Below are positions 41,150 to 51,000 of a stretch of DNA of 64,000 nucleotides, piece by piece. Numbering within the stretch: position 1 is the first letter of the stretch; each line of letters begins with the position of its first letter. Source of the DNA: Candidatus Hodarchaeota archaeon (GTDB taxonomy: Archaea > Asgardarchaeota > Lokiarchaeia > Sigyniarchaeales > SOKP01); NCBI GenBank assembly GCA_048887225.1, contig JBHLJY010000002.1:320001-384000 (forward strand), read 5' to 3'. The notes below the pieces were generated by a model. It was not told the origin of the DNA. It was given only the letters and a program-made list of their open reading frames with translations, and searched no databases. Position numbers and translations under genes: made by a program.

Positions 41150-42850
41150 GTGAATTTGATGGATAAACAAAGAATTTTAAGAGAAGCTCAAAAAATCGCA
41201 GCCAAATTTTCCTTTTGGATGGTTTCTGAAAATATTGCTCATTTATATGGTTATGTGTATGAAACACCAGAGAAAAAATATGAATTAGAGATAAAATTTG
41301 ATGATAAGTTTCCTGACTCTCAGCCTCATTTTATATATCATAATAACATTAAAGAGTTATTAGGGGATATACAATTAAATCAATTAAGAATGTGGACTAC
41401 TGAATCCTCTGTTGTGGATATTATCAATGAACTTAAAATGAAAATTCAAGATGCATTAATTGGACCTTCTGTTCCTGAAAAAAAACAACCTGAACCTACT
41501 GTACCTTCTATAGATAATGAGGAGTACGAAACAACAAAGCAAGAAGAATTATCAAATTCAGATGAATATATAACACCTGATCTTGATGCATACCCTCCTG
41601 ATTTTGATATAGAAAGTGTTCAACCTAAATTAGTATCTGATACAAACCTAATTTACACAGATCAGCCTGCCACTTCTATTACGTCGACAAAAGATATTCA
41701 AGAAACAAACCAAGAAGAGACTATAGAAGAACCAGAACATATAAGTGTCGATGTTAACACAGAATTAAGCCTTATTCAACAATACTACACTTACGATCAA
41801 AAGGTGGAAAATCAAGCAGATATAAATGTATATATGACAATAACCATTTCAAAAACATTTATTATTGGAATCAACTTCATAGATTATCCAAAAAAACCAA
41901 TCTTTTCATTTCCAGAAGAGATTAAAAATATTTTAGGGGATCCTTATAAATCCTTAGAGCCTCTGAGAAAATGGAATGCTAAAAAGCCTCCTCATATTGT
42001 AGATGTCCTACAAGAAATGGAAAATAAACTTTTTTTCATAAAAGACATTGAACTAGAATCTAAAAAAATTCTTGGTGAATATAAAGCTGAAATGATCGGA
42101 AACAGTGCGACTCAATTAAGAGTACATTTATTAACATATGGCTTCAAAGAATATACATTAGATCTTGACTTAGGATCATACCCTCAGATTCCAGAAATAG
42201 TCTTGACTCCAGAATTGCAACAAATTATTTCAGATCCAAAGAAATCTTTGACTAGTTATATAAATTGGAAAGAAAAAGAATCTGAACCTATTGAAATTGT
42301 AAGGGAAATTGCTTGGCTTGTTGATAAAAATTCAAGAATTAGTTTTGAGATTGATTTATTAAAAAAGGATTATAAGAACCTTAAATATGATTCTTTAACA
42401 GAGATTTTAAATTTAGACATGAAGGGAAAAATGAAGACACAAGATTTAATATTCAAATTTCAAATAAATCTACCAAGAGATTATCCAATGAAAATGCCTG
42501 AAGTGAAAGTCTTAAACGAATTTGAATTAGAATCCCATGAAAAAATTAAAGATGATCTTCATTCTTCATTTAAGGATTTTTTCAGTAAATGGACTCCATT
42601 TAGTTATCTTATTGATTTGTTTAATTTAATTTCAGAAAAAATATTCGAAATTTCTGCCGTATCATGCGTAATTTGTCATAATCTCCAATGCCCTACTTGC
42701 TCTTCAAAAATAGCTGGACCAGATTCATGCCATGTTTTATGTCCTCATTGTGAACGCGCATATCATAAACATTGTTGGCAGCAGACAATTAACTCTTTTG
42801 GAAAGTGTGGATTCTGTCTGAAAGCTCCTCCTCCAGATATGATGTATTGA
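41150..42850 (+). CDS. Multi UBC/UEV/RWD-like domain protein with C-terminal RING/PHD-type zinc finger (FANCL-like architecture)
   Basis: Four repeats with [F/Y]Pxx(x)P...W...I/V-D/E, an acidic linker, and C-terminal CVIC-CPTC-CPHC-YHKHC-CGFC. Confidence 0.7.
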   Translation: MNLMDKQRILREAQKIAAKFSFWMVSENIAHLYGYVYETPEKKYELEIKFDDKFPDSQPHFIYHNNIKELLGDIQLNQLRMWTTESSVVDIINELKMKIQDALIGPSVPEKKQPEPTVPSIDNEEYETTKQEELSNSDEYITPDLDAYPPDFDIESVQPKLVSDTNLIYTDQPATSITSTKDIQETNQEETIEEPEHISVDVNTELSLIQQYYTYDQKVENQADINVYMTITISKTFIIGINFIDYPKKPIFSFPEEIKNILGDPYKSLEPLRKWNAKKPPHIVDVLQEMENKLFFIKDIELESKKILGEYKAEMIGNSATQLRVHLLTYGFKEYTLDLDLGSYPQIPEIVLTPELQQIISDPKKSLTSYINWKEKESEPIEIVREIAWLVDKNSRISFEIDLLKKDYKNLKYDSLTEILNLDMKGKMKTQDLIFKFQINLPRDYPMKMPEVKVLNEFELESHEKIKDDLHSSFKDFFSKWTPFSYLIDLFNLISEKIFEISAVSCVICHNLQCPTCSSKIAGPDSCHVLCPHCERAYHKHCWQQTINSFGKCGFCLKAPPPDMMY

Positions 42851-42951
42851 ACAATTTTACTCATTCTTAATTGCCTTTATTCTAACTTTTTCGCGCTTTT
42901 TACAAGTTAAACCGAAAAATTGTTATTATAAATAATATTTTAAGTAGGAAT

Positions 42952-44325
42952 ATGGATATTGTTTTCATTATAGTTATTATTATCTTTTCTTTAGTAATTT
43001 CCTGTTTGAGTTTATTTTGCTTACATCGAAATTATTTCCGTAAAGAAAATTTGTATTTAATTATACCCCTATTATTTTTTACCTTCTGGGCATTTCATTG
43101 CTTTTACTATCTTAATACTATAAAATATAAAGAATTAGGGGAATTTTGGGATCCTGATTTTTCTGTTTTTTATGATGCTGGACAACAAATTTTGAAAAAC
43201 CCGGCTGATTTGTATAAAGTCTCACGTTTCCTATACATGCCAAGTTTTGCCATTTTTTTTGCTTTTACATTCTCACTACTTCCGTTACAAATTTCATATA
43301 ACGCATTTTATTTTGTAAATTATCTTTCGGGAATGTTTGCGATATTAGAATTTAATCGAATTTTAATTTTGATGGGTGTAAAGAAAAAAGCACATAGATT
43401 TATTTTTTTAATTATTATTTCAAATGGTTTTCTATTATGGATTATCTTCTATTTTAACCACTTTAAATTTATTGTTTTTTTAATTCTACTATTCATTATT
43501 AGAAGAGAAATTCAATATAGAAAGGAAGGTAGGAAAAAAAACGGAAAATATTATATATTAACATATGGTTTATTCATTTTTATTTTAGGAATGGCTCCTT
43601 ATTTCATTTTTATTTTATTTATTTATGTTTTTCAAGAAATTAAATTGAAGGATCTGATTAAAAAGGAAAGCTTGAAAATATATTTAATAATAGTAGCATG
43701 GTTTATAATTCAAAATATCACCTTTATATTATATCCCTCACAATTTTTTGAGTTCCTTAAAGGATTTAATCGTCCAACTAAAGAAATTAGAGGTGCTTAC
43801 CCACTTTATTTAAAAGATTTTATAAAAATAAAACCTTCTCAAATAACGGTTATTAGTTTTGTTTTTACAGTGATATTAGTAATAATCACAGTGATATTAG
43901 TTTTAATTAGAAATCAAAATATTGAAAATAAGTTTAGCTTATTTCTACTTGCATATTTATTTTTTGGGATTATTTCACATCCTCCTTTAATTGCTTACTT
44001 ATGTTTTTCATTTGTCTTATTCTTATTTGTTCAATTTTTAGAACAAGATGTAAAAGGGTTTGACTTTTTGAAGAAAAATACAATTTTTTTAATTGGTTTA
44101 ATTTCAATTTTGGGAATTTATTTATTTACAAATAATTTTTTCTTCTGGGTTATTTCTCCTTTAATTAAAGAACAAGATTTTGGTATATTTTACACCTATA
44201 GATTGCTTGTTCTTCATGTCATTATGTTAACTTGTATTCTTATTTTATATGCGAAAAGATACAATTTATTACCAAGAATTAAAAATCGAATTTTTAAATC
44301 AAACTTAAACCTAAATGAATTATAA
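42952..44325 (+). CDS. GT87/DUF2029-like GT-C glycosyltransferase
   Basis: DFSVFYDAG...DLY...FLYMPSFA..F...SLLP after the first TMs; polytopic. Confidence 0.7.
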   Translation: MDIVFIIVIIIFSLVISCLSLFCLHRNYFRKENLYLIIPLLFFTFWAFHCFYYLNTIKYKELGEFWDPDFSVFYDAGQQILKNPADLYKVSRFLYMPSFAIFFAFTFSLLPLQISYNAFYFVNYLSGMFAILEFNRILILMGVKKKAHRFIFLIIISNGFLLWIIFYFNHFKFIVFLILLFIIRREIQYRKEGRKKNGKYYILTYGLFIFILGMAPYFIFILFIYVFQEIKLKDLIKKESLKIYLIIVAWFIIQNITFILYPSQFFEFLKGFNRPTKEIRGAYPLYLKDFIKIKPSQITVISFVFTVILVIITVILVLIRNQNIENKFSLFLLAYLFFGIISHPPLIAYLCFSFVLFLFVQFLEQDVKGFDFLKKNTIFLIGLISILGIYLFTNNFFFWVISPLIKEQDFGIFYTYRLLVLHVIMLTCILILYAKRYNLLPRIKNRIFKSNLNLNEL

Positions 44326-44422
44326 GTTAATAAAATTTAAGATAATATTTCCAATCGGATTTCACAATTTATTTAAAAATTAACTAATTTGAAATTTAAA
44401 GATTTAGAGTCTTCTTGTCTTT

Positions 44423-44968
44423 TTAATTTTGTAGATATCCCATTTTCTCTAAAGTATCTAAAATAATTTCTTTACCTTCCTGAATTGTCTGTTTATCTGT
44501 TTCAACAATAATATCAGCGGTATCAGGTTCTTCAAAAGGGTGATCAATCCCAGTAAAATTCTTAATTATACCTGCCCTTGCCTTAGCATACATACCTTTT
44601 ACATCTCTCTCTTCGCAAACATTAATAGGACACTTTACGTATACTAAAATATAATTTCCTATTTCTTTTCGGGAATAAGCTCGTATTTTATTGTATGGAC
44701 TGACGAAGGAGGCAAGAACTGCAACACCATTACGAGTTAATAACTTTGCGACAAATGTTACTCTCTCAATATTCATATTGCGATCTTCTTCTGTAAAACC
44801 GAGATCTCTTGTTAAACTTTTTCTGACAATATCTCCATCAAGGCGCTCGACCTTCATTCCTCTATTTTTTAAGTCTTCTGCTACTGCATCAGCAAGAACA
44901 GATTTCCCCGAACAAGGAAGTCCAGTAAACCATAAGGTAAATCCTTTTTGTTCTATTTTCTCTCTCAT
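44423..44968 (-). CDS. cysC: Adenylylsulfate kinase
   Basis: WFTGLPCSGKS, LDGDIVR, DLGF, VSPY, RDVKGMY, FTGID.PFEEP. Confidence 0.95.
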   Translation of the reverse strand: MREKIEQKGFTLWFTGLPCSGKSVLADAVAEDLKNRGMKVERLDGDIVRKSLTRDLGFTEEDRNMNIERVTFVAKLLTRNGVAVLASFVSPYNKIRAYSRKEIGNYILVYVKCPINVCEERDVKGMYAKARAGIIKNFTGIDHPFEEPDTADIIVETDKQTIQEGKEIILDTLEKMGYLQN

Positions 44969-44974
44969 TTTTAT

Positions 44975-46360
44975 TTAAAAATCTATTAATTTTCCTTCTG
45001 TATCTCTTGGAATGGCAATTCCAAATATGTTTAAAACAGTAGGAGCAATATCAAGAATATTTCTTGGTTCCAATTGTTTACCTATTTTCTTTTTTGGGTC
45101 GTAAATAATGAAGATCCCATAGTAGTCGTGAACAGCATCATCAGGTCCAGTATCATTCTCATCAAGATACATTGAATCATAACCTACGGTACCAGCAGAT
45201 CTCCAATTTAAATCATCAAAATAAACCATTAAATCGGGCGCATCTCCTCGAATTTTACTGTATAATCTCTCAGGTTTGAATACTTTAGTTTTCATGGGAT
45301 TTCCATTGTTATCAGGGATCTCTTTAAGCAATTTGCTTATCTTCTCCCGCCAATTTTCATAATCTTTTTGTTCAATTATACCCATTTTTTCTCTTCCCTT
45401 TAAATTAAGAAAAATTCTTGCATAATATCCACCCCACCCCCAAGCATAAGTATTCTGCCAATCAATATCAGCATTTAGAAGTCTTGTTCCAGGTTCATGT
45501 TTTTTTTTAAACTTTAACAAGCCTAATTTTTCTAACGCCATATTAACACAAATACATCCCTTCATTGCTTTTGCTCCATGATCAGAAATGATAAAAATTA
45601 TTGTATCTTTATCCAGTAAATCTAATATTTCACCAATCTCCTTATCTAACTTCCTATAATAATTCTTTATAGCCGATTCAAAGATATTTCCTGACTCATA
45701 TTTATGATGGCTTTTGTCGTAAAATTTCCAGAATCCATGGTGAAGTCTGTCTAATCCAATTATAACAAATTGGCAATAATCCCATTCTTTGTTTTTGATT
45801 AAATATTTTATCGTCTTAAATTGAATATTTGTCATTTTATGTATATCGATTAACAATTGTTCCTTTGCATTAGTTCTAAATGGGACATCTAAGAGATAAT
45901 CACCTATTTTCTCGCTAATCTCCATCTTTAAATCTGATGGGTATGTATAATTCGATAGAGTATCAGGAGTAATAAAACCTGTTATTAAATTTCCGTTTAT
46001 AGAATGTGCTGGAAATGTCGGAGGGACACCTAATATTATTGATTTTAGCCCTTTTTTGCCAATAATATCCCAGATTTTAGGTTCCTTAATAGTTTGTGAA
46101 TTAACAACCCAAAAATCGGTATAAGAATTTTTTTTCCTATGGCGAAAACCATAAATACCAAGAGTTCCCGCTTTTTTGCCTGTAGACATAACCATCCAAG
46201 CTGGGACAGTAATTGGAGGATCTGAGCTCCTAAGTTTTCCATAAATCCCTTTATCCATTAATTTTTTAATGTTAGGGCAATCATCCAAGAAATCTTCGAA
46301 TAAAGTTTTTGGTGTCGCACAATCTAATCCTATTACTATAATTTTCTTTCTGTTTTTCAC
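44975..46360 (-). CDS. Alkaline-phosphatase superfamily type I phosphodiesterase/nucleotide pyrophosphatase-like protein
   Basis: IGLDCAT, PPITVPAW (Thr nucleophile), DRLHH, SDHG, DDAVH, DIAPTVL. Confidence 0.85.
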   Translation of the reverse strand: MKNRKKIIVIGLDCATPKTLFEDFLDDCPNIKKLMDKGIYGKLRSSDPPITVPAWMVMSTGKKAGTLGIYGFRHRKKNSYTDFWVVNSQTIKEPKIWDIIGKKGLKSIILGVPPTFPAHSINGNLITGFITPDTLSNYTYPSDLKMEISEKIGDYLLDVPFRTNAKEQLLIDIHKMTNIQFKTIKYLIKNKEWDYCQFVIIGLDRLHHGFWKFYDKSHHKYESGNIFESAIKNYYRKLDKEIGEILDLLDKDTIIFIISDHGAKAMKGCICVNMALEKLGLLKFKKKHEPGTRLLNADIDWQNTYAWGWGGYYARIFLNLKGREKMGIIEQKDYENWREKISKLLKEIPDNNGNPMKTKVFKPERLYSKIRGDAPDLMVYFDDLNWRSAGTVGYDSMYLDENDTGPDDAVHDYYGIFIIYDPKKKIGKQLEPRNILDIAPTVLNIFGIAIPRDTEGKLIDF

Positions 46361-46406
46361 TAAACGCTCCTCATACCATTTTTTTTATTGAGTGTATATT
46401 TGAATT

Positions 46407-47555
46407 CTAAACTACAAATGGATTATCGTACTTCAATATAACTTTTGCTACTTCAGGACGCATGACTTCGGGATCAGGGGCCCTCCCCTCTTGTAATGTT
46501 GCTCTAATAGATCTTCCAGCAAAATAAATCTGCATTTCTGGAGGATGTGGACATATTTTGTCATTTATTACAGCATCGCATTTACTGCATCTTGAGAATG
46601 ACCTAAATTTTATTGGTTCAATTCCTAAATCTGGAAATTGATCGAATATGTAATGCGCATCATACGGGCCATAGTAATCACCAACACCAGCATGATCTCT
46701 GCCAATAATGATATGGTCACATCCAAAATTTTTACGAGCAATTGCGTGAAATATAGCCTCTTTTGGTCCAGCATACCTCATTTCGGTTTCAAACGTACTT
46801 AATATAACTCGATCTTTAGGGTAATACTCATTGATTAATACTTTATAGGCTTCAATGATTACTTCATCCATAAAATCTCCTTTCTTCTTTTTACCAATCA
46901 CAGGATTGATAAATAATCCATCTACATATGTAAGCCCTGCCTTTTGGACATACTCATGCCCTAAATGTGGTGGATTACGCGTTTGAAACGCAACAACACG
47001 ATCCCATTTCTTTTCCTTAAAAAGGACTCTAGTTTCAATTGGTTTTAGGTCTAAATCTGGATATGCTGGTTTAGGCTCATTTAAAAGAAAGATCTCTCCT
47101 CCTATCAGTTTTTCTTTATAATTAAATACGCTATCGACACCAGGGTGGTTTCTGTCTAATGTTCCATAAGTTTTTTTAGCATATTCTTTTTTATCGTATC
47201 CATAAATGTCTTCTATATTCATTAATGCTATTGGCGCATCAGTTGGATCTGTTAAAATAATATTATCGTCTAGTTCAAGATCCCTTATCTCATCTTCGGA
47301 AGCATCAAGTGTTATCGGGATTGGCCAAGCCACATTATTTTCCAAGTACATATGTTCAAGAACATAGCGATAATTGTTATAGTGCATAAAACCTTCTAAT
47401 GGGCTAAACACTCCGAAAGCAATATTTTTAATCACTTTAAGAGTTTCAGAACTAACCCGTATCTTTTTGAACTCATCAATTTCTGATAAAATCCGTTCTT
47501 TCTCAATATTAGGCAATTCTTTATTTATTAAAGTTCCTCCATGAGGTTGAATCAT
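46407..47555 (-). CDS. sat: Sulfate adenylyltransferase (ATP sulfurylase)
   Basis: PHGG, FSPLEGFM, FQTRNPPHLGH, MRYAGP.EA, GRDHAGVG. Confidence 0.95.
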   Translation of the reverse strand: MIQPHGGTLINKELPNIEKERILSEIDEFKKIRVSSETLKVIKNIAFGVFSPLEGFMHYNNYRYVLEHMYLENNVAWPIPITLDASEDEIRDLELDDNIILTDPTDAPIALMNIEDIYGYDKKEYAKKTYGTLDRNHPGVDSVFNYKEKLIGGEIFLLNEPKPAYPDLDLKPIETRVLFKEKKWDRVVAFQTRNPPHLGHEYVQKAGLTYVDGLFINPVIGKKKKGDFMDEVIIEAYKVLINEYYPKDRVILSTFETEMRYAGPKEAIFHAIARKNFGCDHIIIGRDHAGVGDYYGPYDAHYIFDQFPDLGIEPIKFRSFSRCSKCDAVINDKICPHPPEMQIYFAGRSIRATLQEGRAPDPEVMRPEVAKVILKYDNPFVV

Positions 47556-47605
47556 ACTTATTTCCTCGTTTATTTCTTTCTATGATTTTTTGAAATATCA
47601 ACTCT

Positions 47606-47845
47606 TTAATCGATATATCCTAAATCTCTTAATCGTTGTTTGACTTTTTCTTCTTCTTCTTTAGTAAATGCTTCCTTTGAACTTTCTTCCTCTTCAATTG
47701 AGGATATTACCTGTCTAAGTACATAGGTTACATAACTAGAAACGGATGGAAAACCAGTGCCCTTCATCCTTTCTTTTATCTTTTCTACAAGAGGTTTTGG
47801 AATCGAGACTGTCGTATAATCAACCTTATGTTCTTCTTCTGACAT
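47606..47845 (-). CDS. Ribbon-helix-helix (CopG-like) regulator with RLxxLGY tail
   Basis: YTTVSIPKPL.EKI...GF.SVSSYV.YVLR; C-terminal EEEEKVKQRLRDLGYID. Confidence 0.8.
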   Translation of the reverse strand: MSEEEHKVDYTTVSIPKPLVEKIKERMKGTGFPSVSSYVTYVLRQVISSIEEEESSKEAFTKEEEEKVKQRLRDLGYID

Positions 47846-48075
47846 AATTGTTGTCTACCATTTTAAGATCTTTTTAATTATATATAATGATAGATAATTA
47901 CTATTTATAAATTTTAATTAAACATAATTAAATAATACAAATTTTACCTTTAGAATTTAAGGTACTTTTAGTTTTCTTAATTTGTTTTTTGAAAAAATTC
48001 TTAACAAATTCTTTTTTATATTTTATATAATTAAGCTATGAATTTTTGAAATCAAATTTATACTTAAGAGATAAT

Positions 48076-51000
48076 ATGTCCTTAGCAGAAGAAGAAGAGA
48101 AGATACTTGAATACTGGGATTCTATCAATATCATAAAATTAATAATTGAAGCGAAAAAACCTCTTGGCAGATATGAATTTACAGAAGGGCCGCCAACTGC
48201 TAATGGTTTACCAGGAGTCCATCACGTGTATGCTCGATCGATAAAGGACATCATTCTGCGTTTTAAATTTATGGAGGGATATTGGGTTCCTAGAAAAGCG
48301 GGGTGGGACACTCACGGATTACCAGTAGAACTTGAAGTTGAGAAAGAGCTCGGGCTCAAAATTAAGAAAGATATACTTGATTATGGTATTGATAAATTTA
48401 ACGATAAATGCCGTGAAAGTGTTTTTAGATATATAACTGAATGGGAAGATTTAACAAAAAGAATGGCTTTTTGGCTTGATATGGATAATCCTTATATCAC
48501 TTGCGAAAACTATTTTATGGAGTCTATATGGTGGTCATTAAAAAATATGTTTGATAGGGATTTAATTTATAAAGGTAGAAAAGTAGTACCGTTTTGTCCT
48601 CGCTGTGAAACTCCTTTATCGTCTCACGAAATTGCCTTAGGATACGAAAATATTAAAGAGGAATCTATATATATTACCTTTAAACTGGTAGATCCTAAAT
48701 TTGAGGGTGCAAAAATAGTTGCCTGGACCACAACTCCTTGGACTTTATTAAGCAATGTCGCTATTGCCGCTAATCCAGATAGTCGTTATTCTCTTGTTGA
48801 ATATAAAGGAGAGAGATTAATCATTGCCAGTTCTTTAATACATAACATTTTAGAAGAAGGTACTTACAAAAGAATAAGGGAATTCTTCGGTTCAGATCTA
48901 TTATATGAAAAATATGAACCATTATTTCCATATTTTGAACATTTATCTGAGGAAAATGGATTTATTATAATAACAGGAGATTTTGTTAATACCGATCCAA
49001 CTTCGGATAATATCTCAACTGGATTTGTACATATTGCTCCTGCATTTGGAGAAGACGATTTTAATGTCGGGCAGGAATTTGAACTACCATTTGTTCAGCC
49101 AATAGATGAAAAAGGATATTTTGACGATTCTGTATTACCGCTAGCTGGTAAATATTTTAAAATTCATAGAGAGGATATTGGTAAAGAAGGTGTATGGGAT
49201 ACTGATAAATGGGTTGTTGATGAGTTAAAGAAAAAGGGAAAGTTATTTGCTACTAAGGATTACGCTCATGATTATCCTTTTTGTTGGAGATGTAAACGAG
49301 CTTTATTATATTATGCAAGAGAATCATGGTTTATTGCGATGTCTCGATTTAGAGATGATTTATTAGAAACTAATTCAAAAGTGAATTGGGTTCCTAAATC
49401 TGTTGGCGTGGGTCGTTTTGATAATTTTTTAGACAATGTTCGAGACTGGGCAATATCACGAGAAAGATTTTGGGGCACACCACTACCTATTTGGGTTTGT
49501 TCAAATGAAGAATGCGACAATATGTTAGCGATTGGATCTTATAATGAATTAAAGAATTTGTCTAAAGGGAATATAGTTCTAAAAGATTATCATAAACCAA
49601 TGATTGATAATGTCATTATTCCTTGCCCCAAATGTAAAAGTGATATGAATCGAACTCCAGAAGTTATTGATGTTTGGTATGATTCTGGTGCAGCGCCTTT
49701 TGCTCAATATCATTATCCGTTTGAAAATAAAGAATTAGTAGAGAATAAAGAAACTTATCCCGTAGCTTTTGTTGCTGAAGGAATGGATCAAACAAGAGGT
49801 TGGTTTTATACATTACACGCAATAGCAACTGTAGTTTTTGGTCATAACGCATTTAATAATGTGGTTGTAAATGGTATCGTACTTGATGGCGAAGGCCGAA
49901 AGATGAGTAAAAGTTTAGGTAATACTATTGATCCATGGACAATTTTTAATTTACAGGGATCAGATGCTTTAAGATGGCTCTATTTTGTTTCTGGCCCTCC
50001 TCATAAAGAAAAGCGTTTAAGTATAGATTATGTTAAATATGCTGTTTCTCAATTTATTGATAAATATTGGAATTCATATCTATTATTTTCAAATAATTTA
50101 AAAAACTATCAAATAAAGCCAGACTTAGAATTTAAACCTCAAGAATTAAAAGATCCATTAGATAAATGGGCAATTGCTACAATTAATTCCTTAGCTAAAG
50201 AAGTTAAAGAACTTCTTGATGATTACCTGATTTTTAAAGCAGCAGAGAAAATTCAAAATTTTATAAATAATCATTTAAGTAATTGGTATTTAAGATTGGC
50301 AAGAAAAAGATTTCTTGATAAAGATCAGAATGTATATAATGTAGTATATTATATTTTTGATATATTAAATCGATTGATAGCGCCGTTTGTACCGTTTTTA
50401 TCAGAAAGAGTTTTTTTAGAAATGCAAGAAAATTATGAATATATGAAAAATATGAAATCTGTGCATTTAATGGATTTTCCAGTAGCAGTAGATAATTTAA
50501 TTGATCAGAATGATTTACAAGAAATGGAATTTTTAATTAATTTAACTCAAGATTTACGTGCTTTAAGAGAGCAAGTGAAAATAAAAGTTAGACAACCAAT
50601 AAAAGAATATCTATTATATTTTAAGGATAAAAAACAAGAAAACATTATTAAGAAATTTAATTCATTACTAAAATCTGAACTCAATGTCAAAGAATTTGGT
50701 TTCATTAATCAAAAAAAGGCAAAATCGTTATATACTGAAGAACTAATTTTAAACAAAGGAACAATTGGAAAAGATTTCAAAGTCAATCGTGATGATGTAG
50801 AAAAGTATTTGAAATCAATGAATTTAGACGATCTTAAACAGAATATAATTAAAGGAAAATTTAAGGTAAAGATCAAGAATAATGAATTTGAGATTATGAA
50901 AGAACACTTTCAAATAGTGCAAAAAGCTAAAGTTCCTTTTGGAGTAAAAGTTTCAAATTATGGTACAATATTAATTAATACAGAAATGAATAAGGAATTG

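Noticed and set aside
43867-43901. Direct repeat ACAGTGATATTAGT x2 (21-nt period) in the GT87-like gene
   Set aside because: Only two copies, in frame within a TM helix; a minor local duplication.
44975-46360. Calling the AP-superfamily protein a sulfatase
   Set aside because: It lacks the C/S-x-P-x-R formylglycine motif and has an NPP-type Thr instead.
44423-47555. sat as evidence of dissimilatory sulfate reduction
   Set aside because: It is paired with APS kinase, and no aprAB/qmo/dsr genes are in the window.
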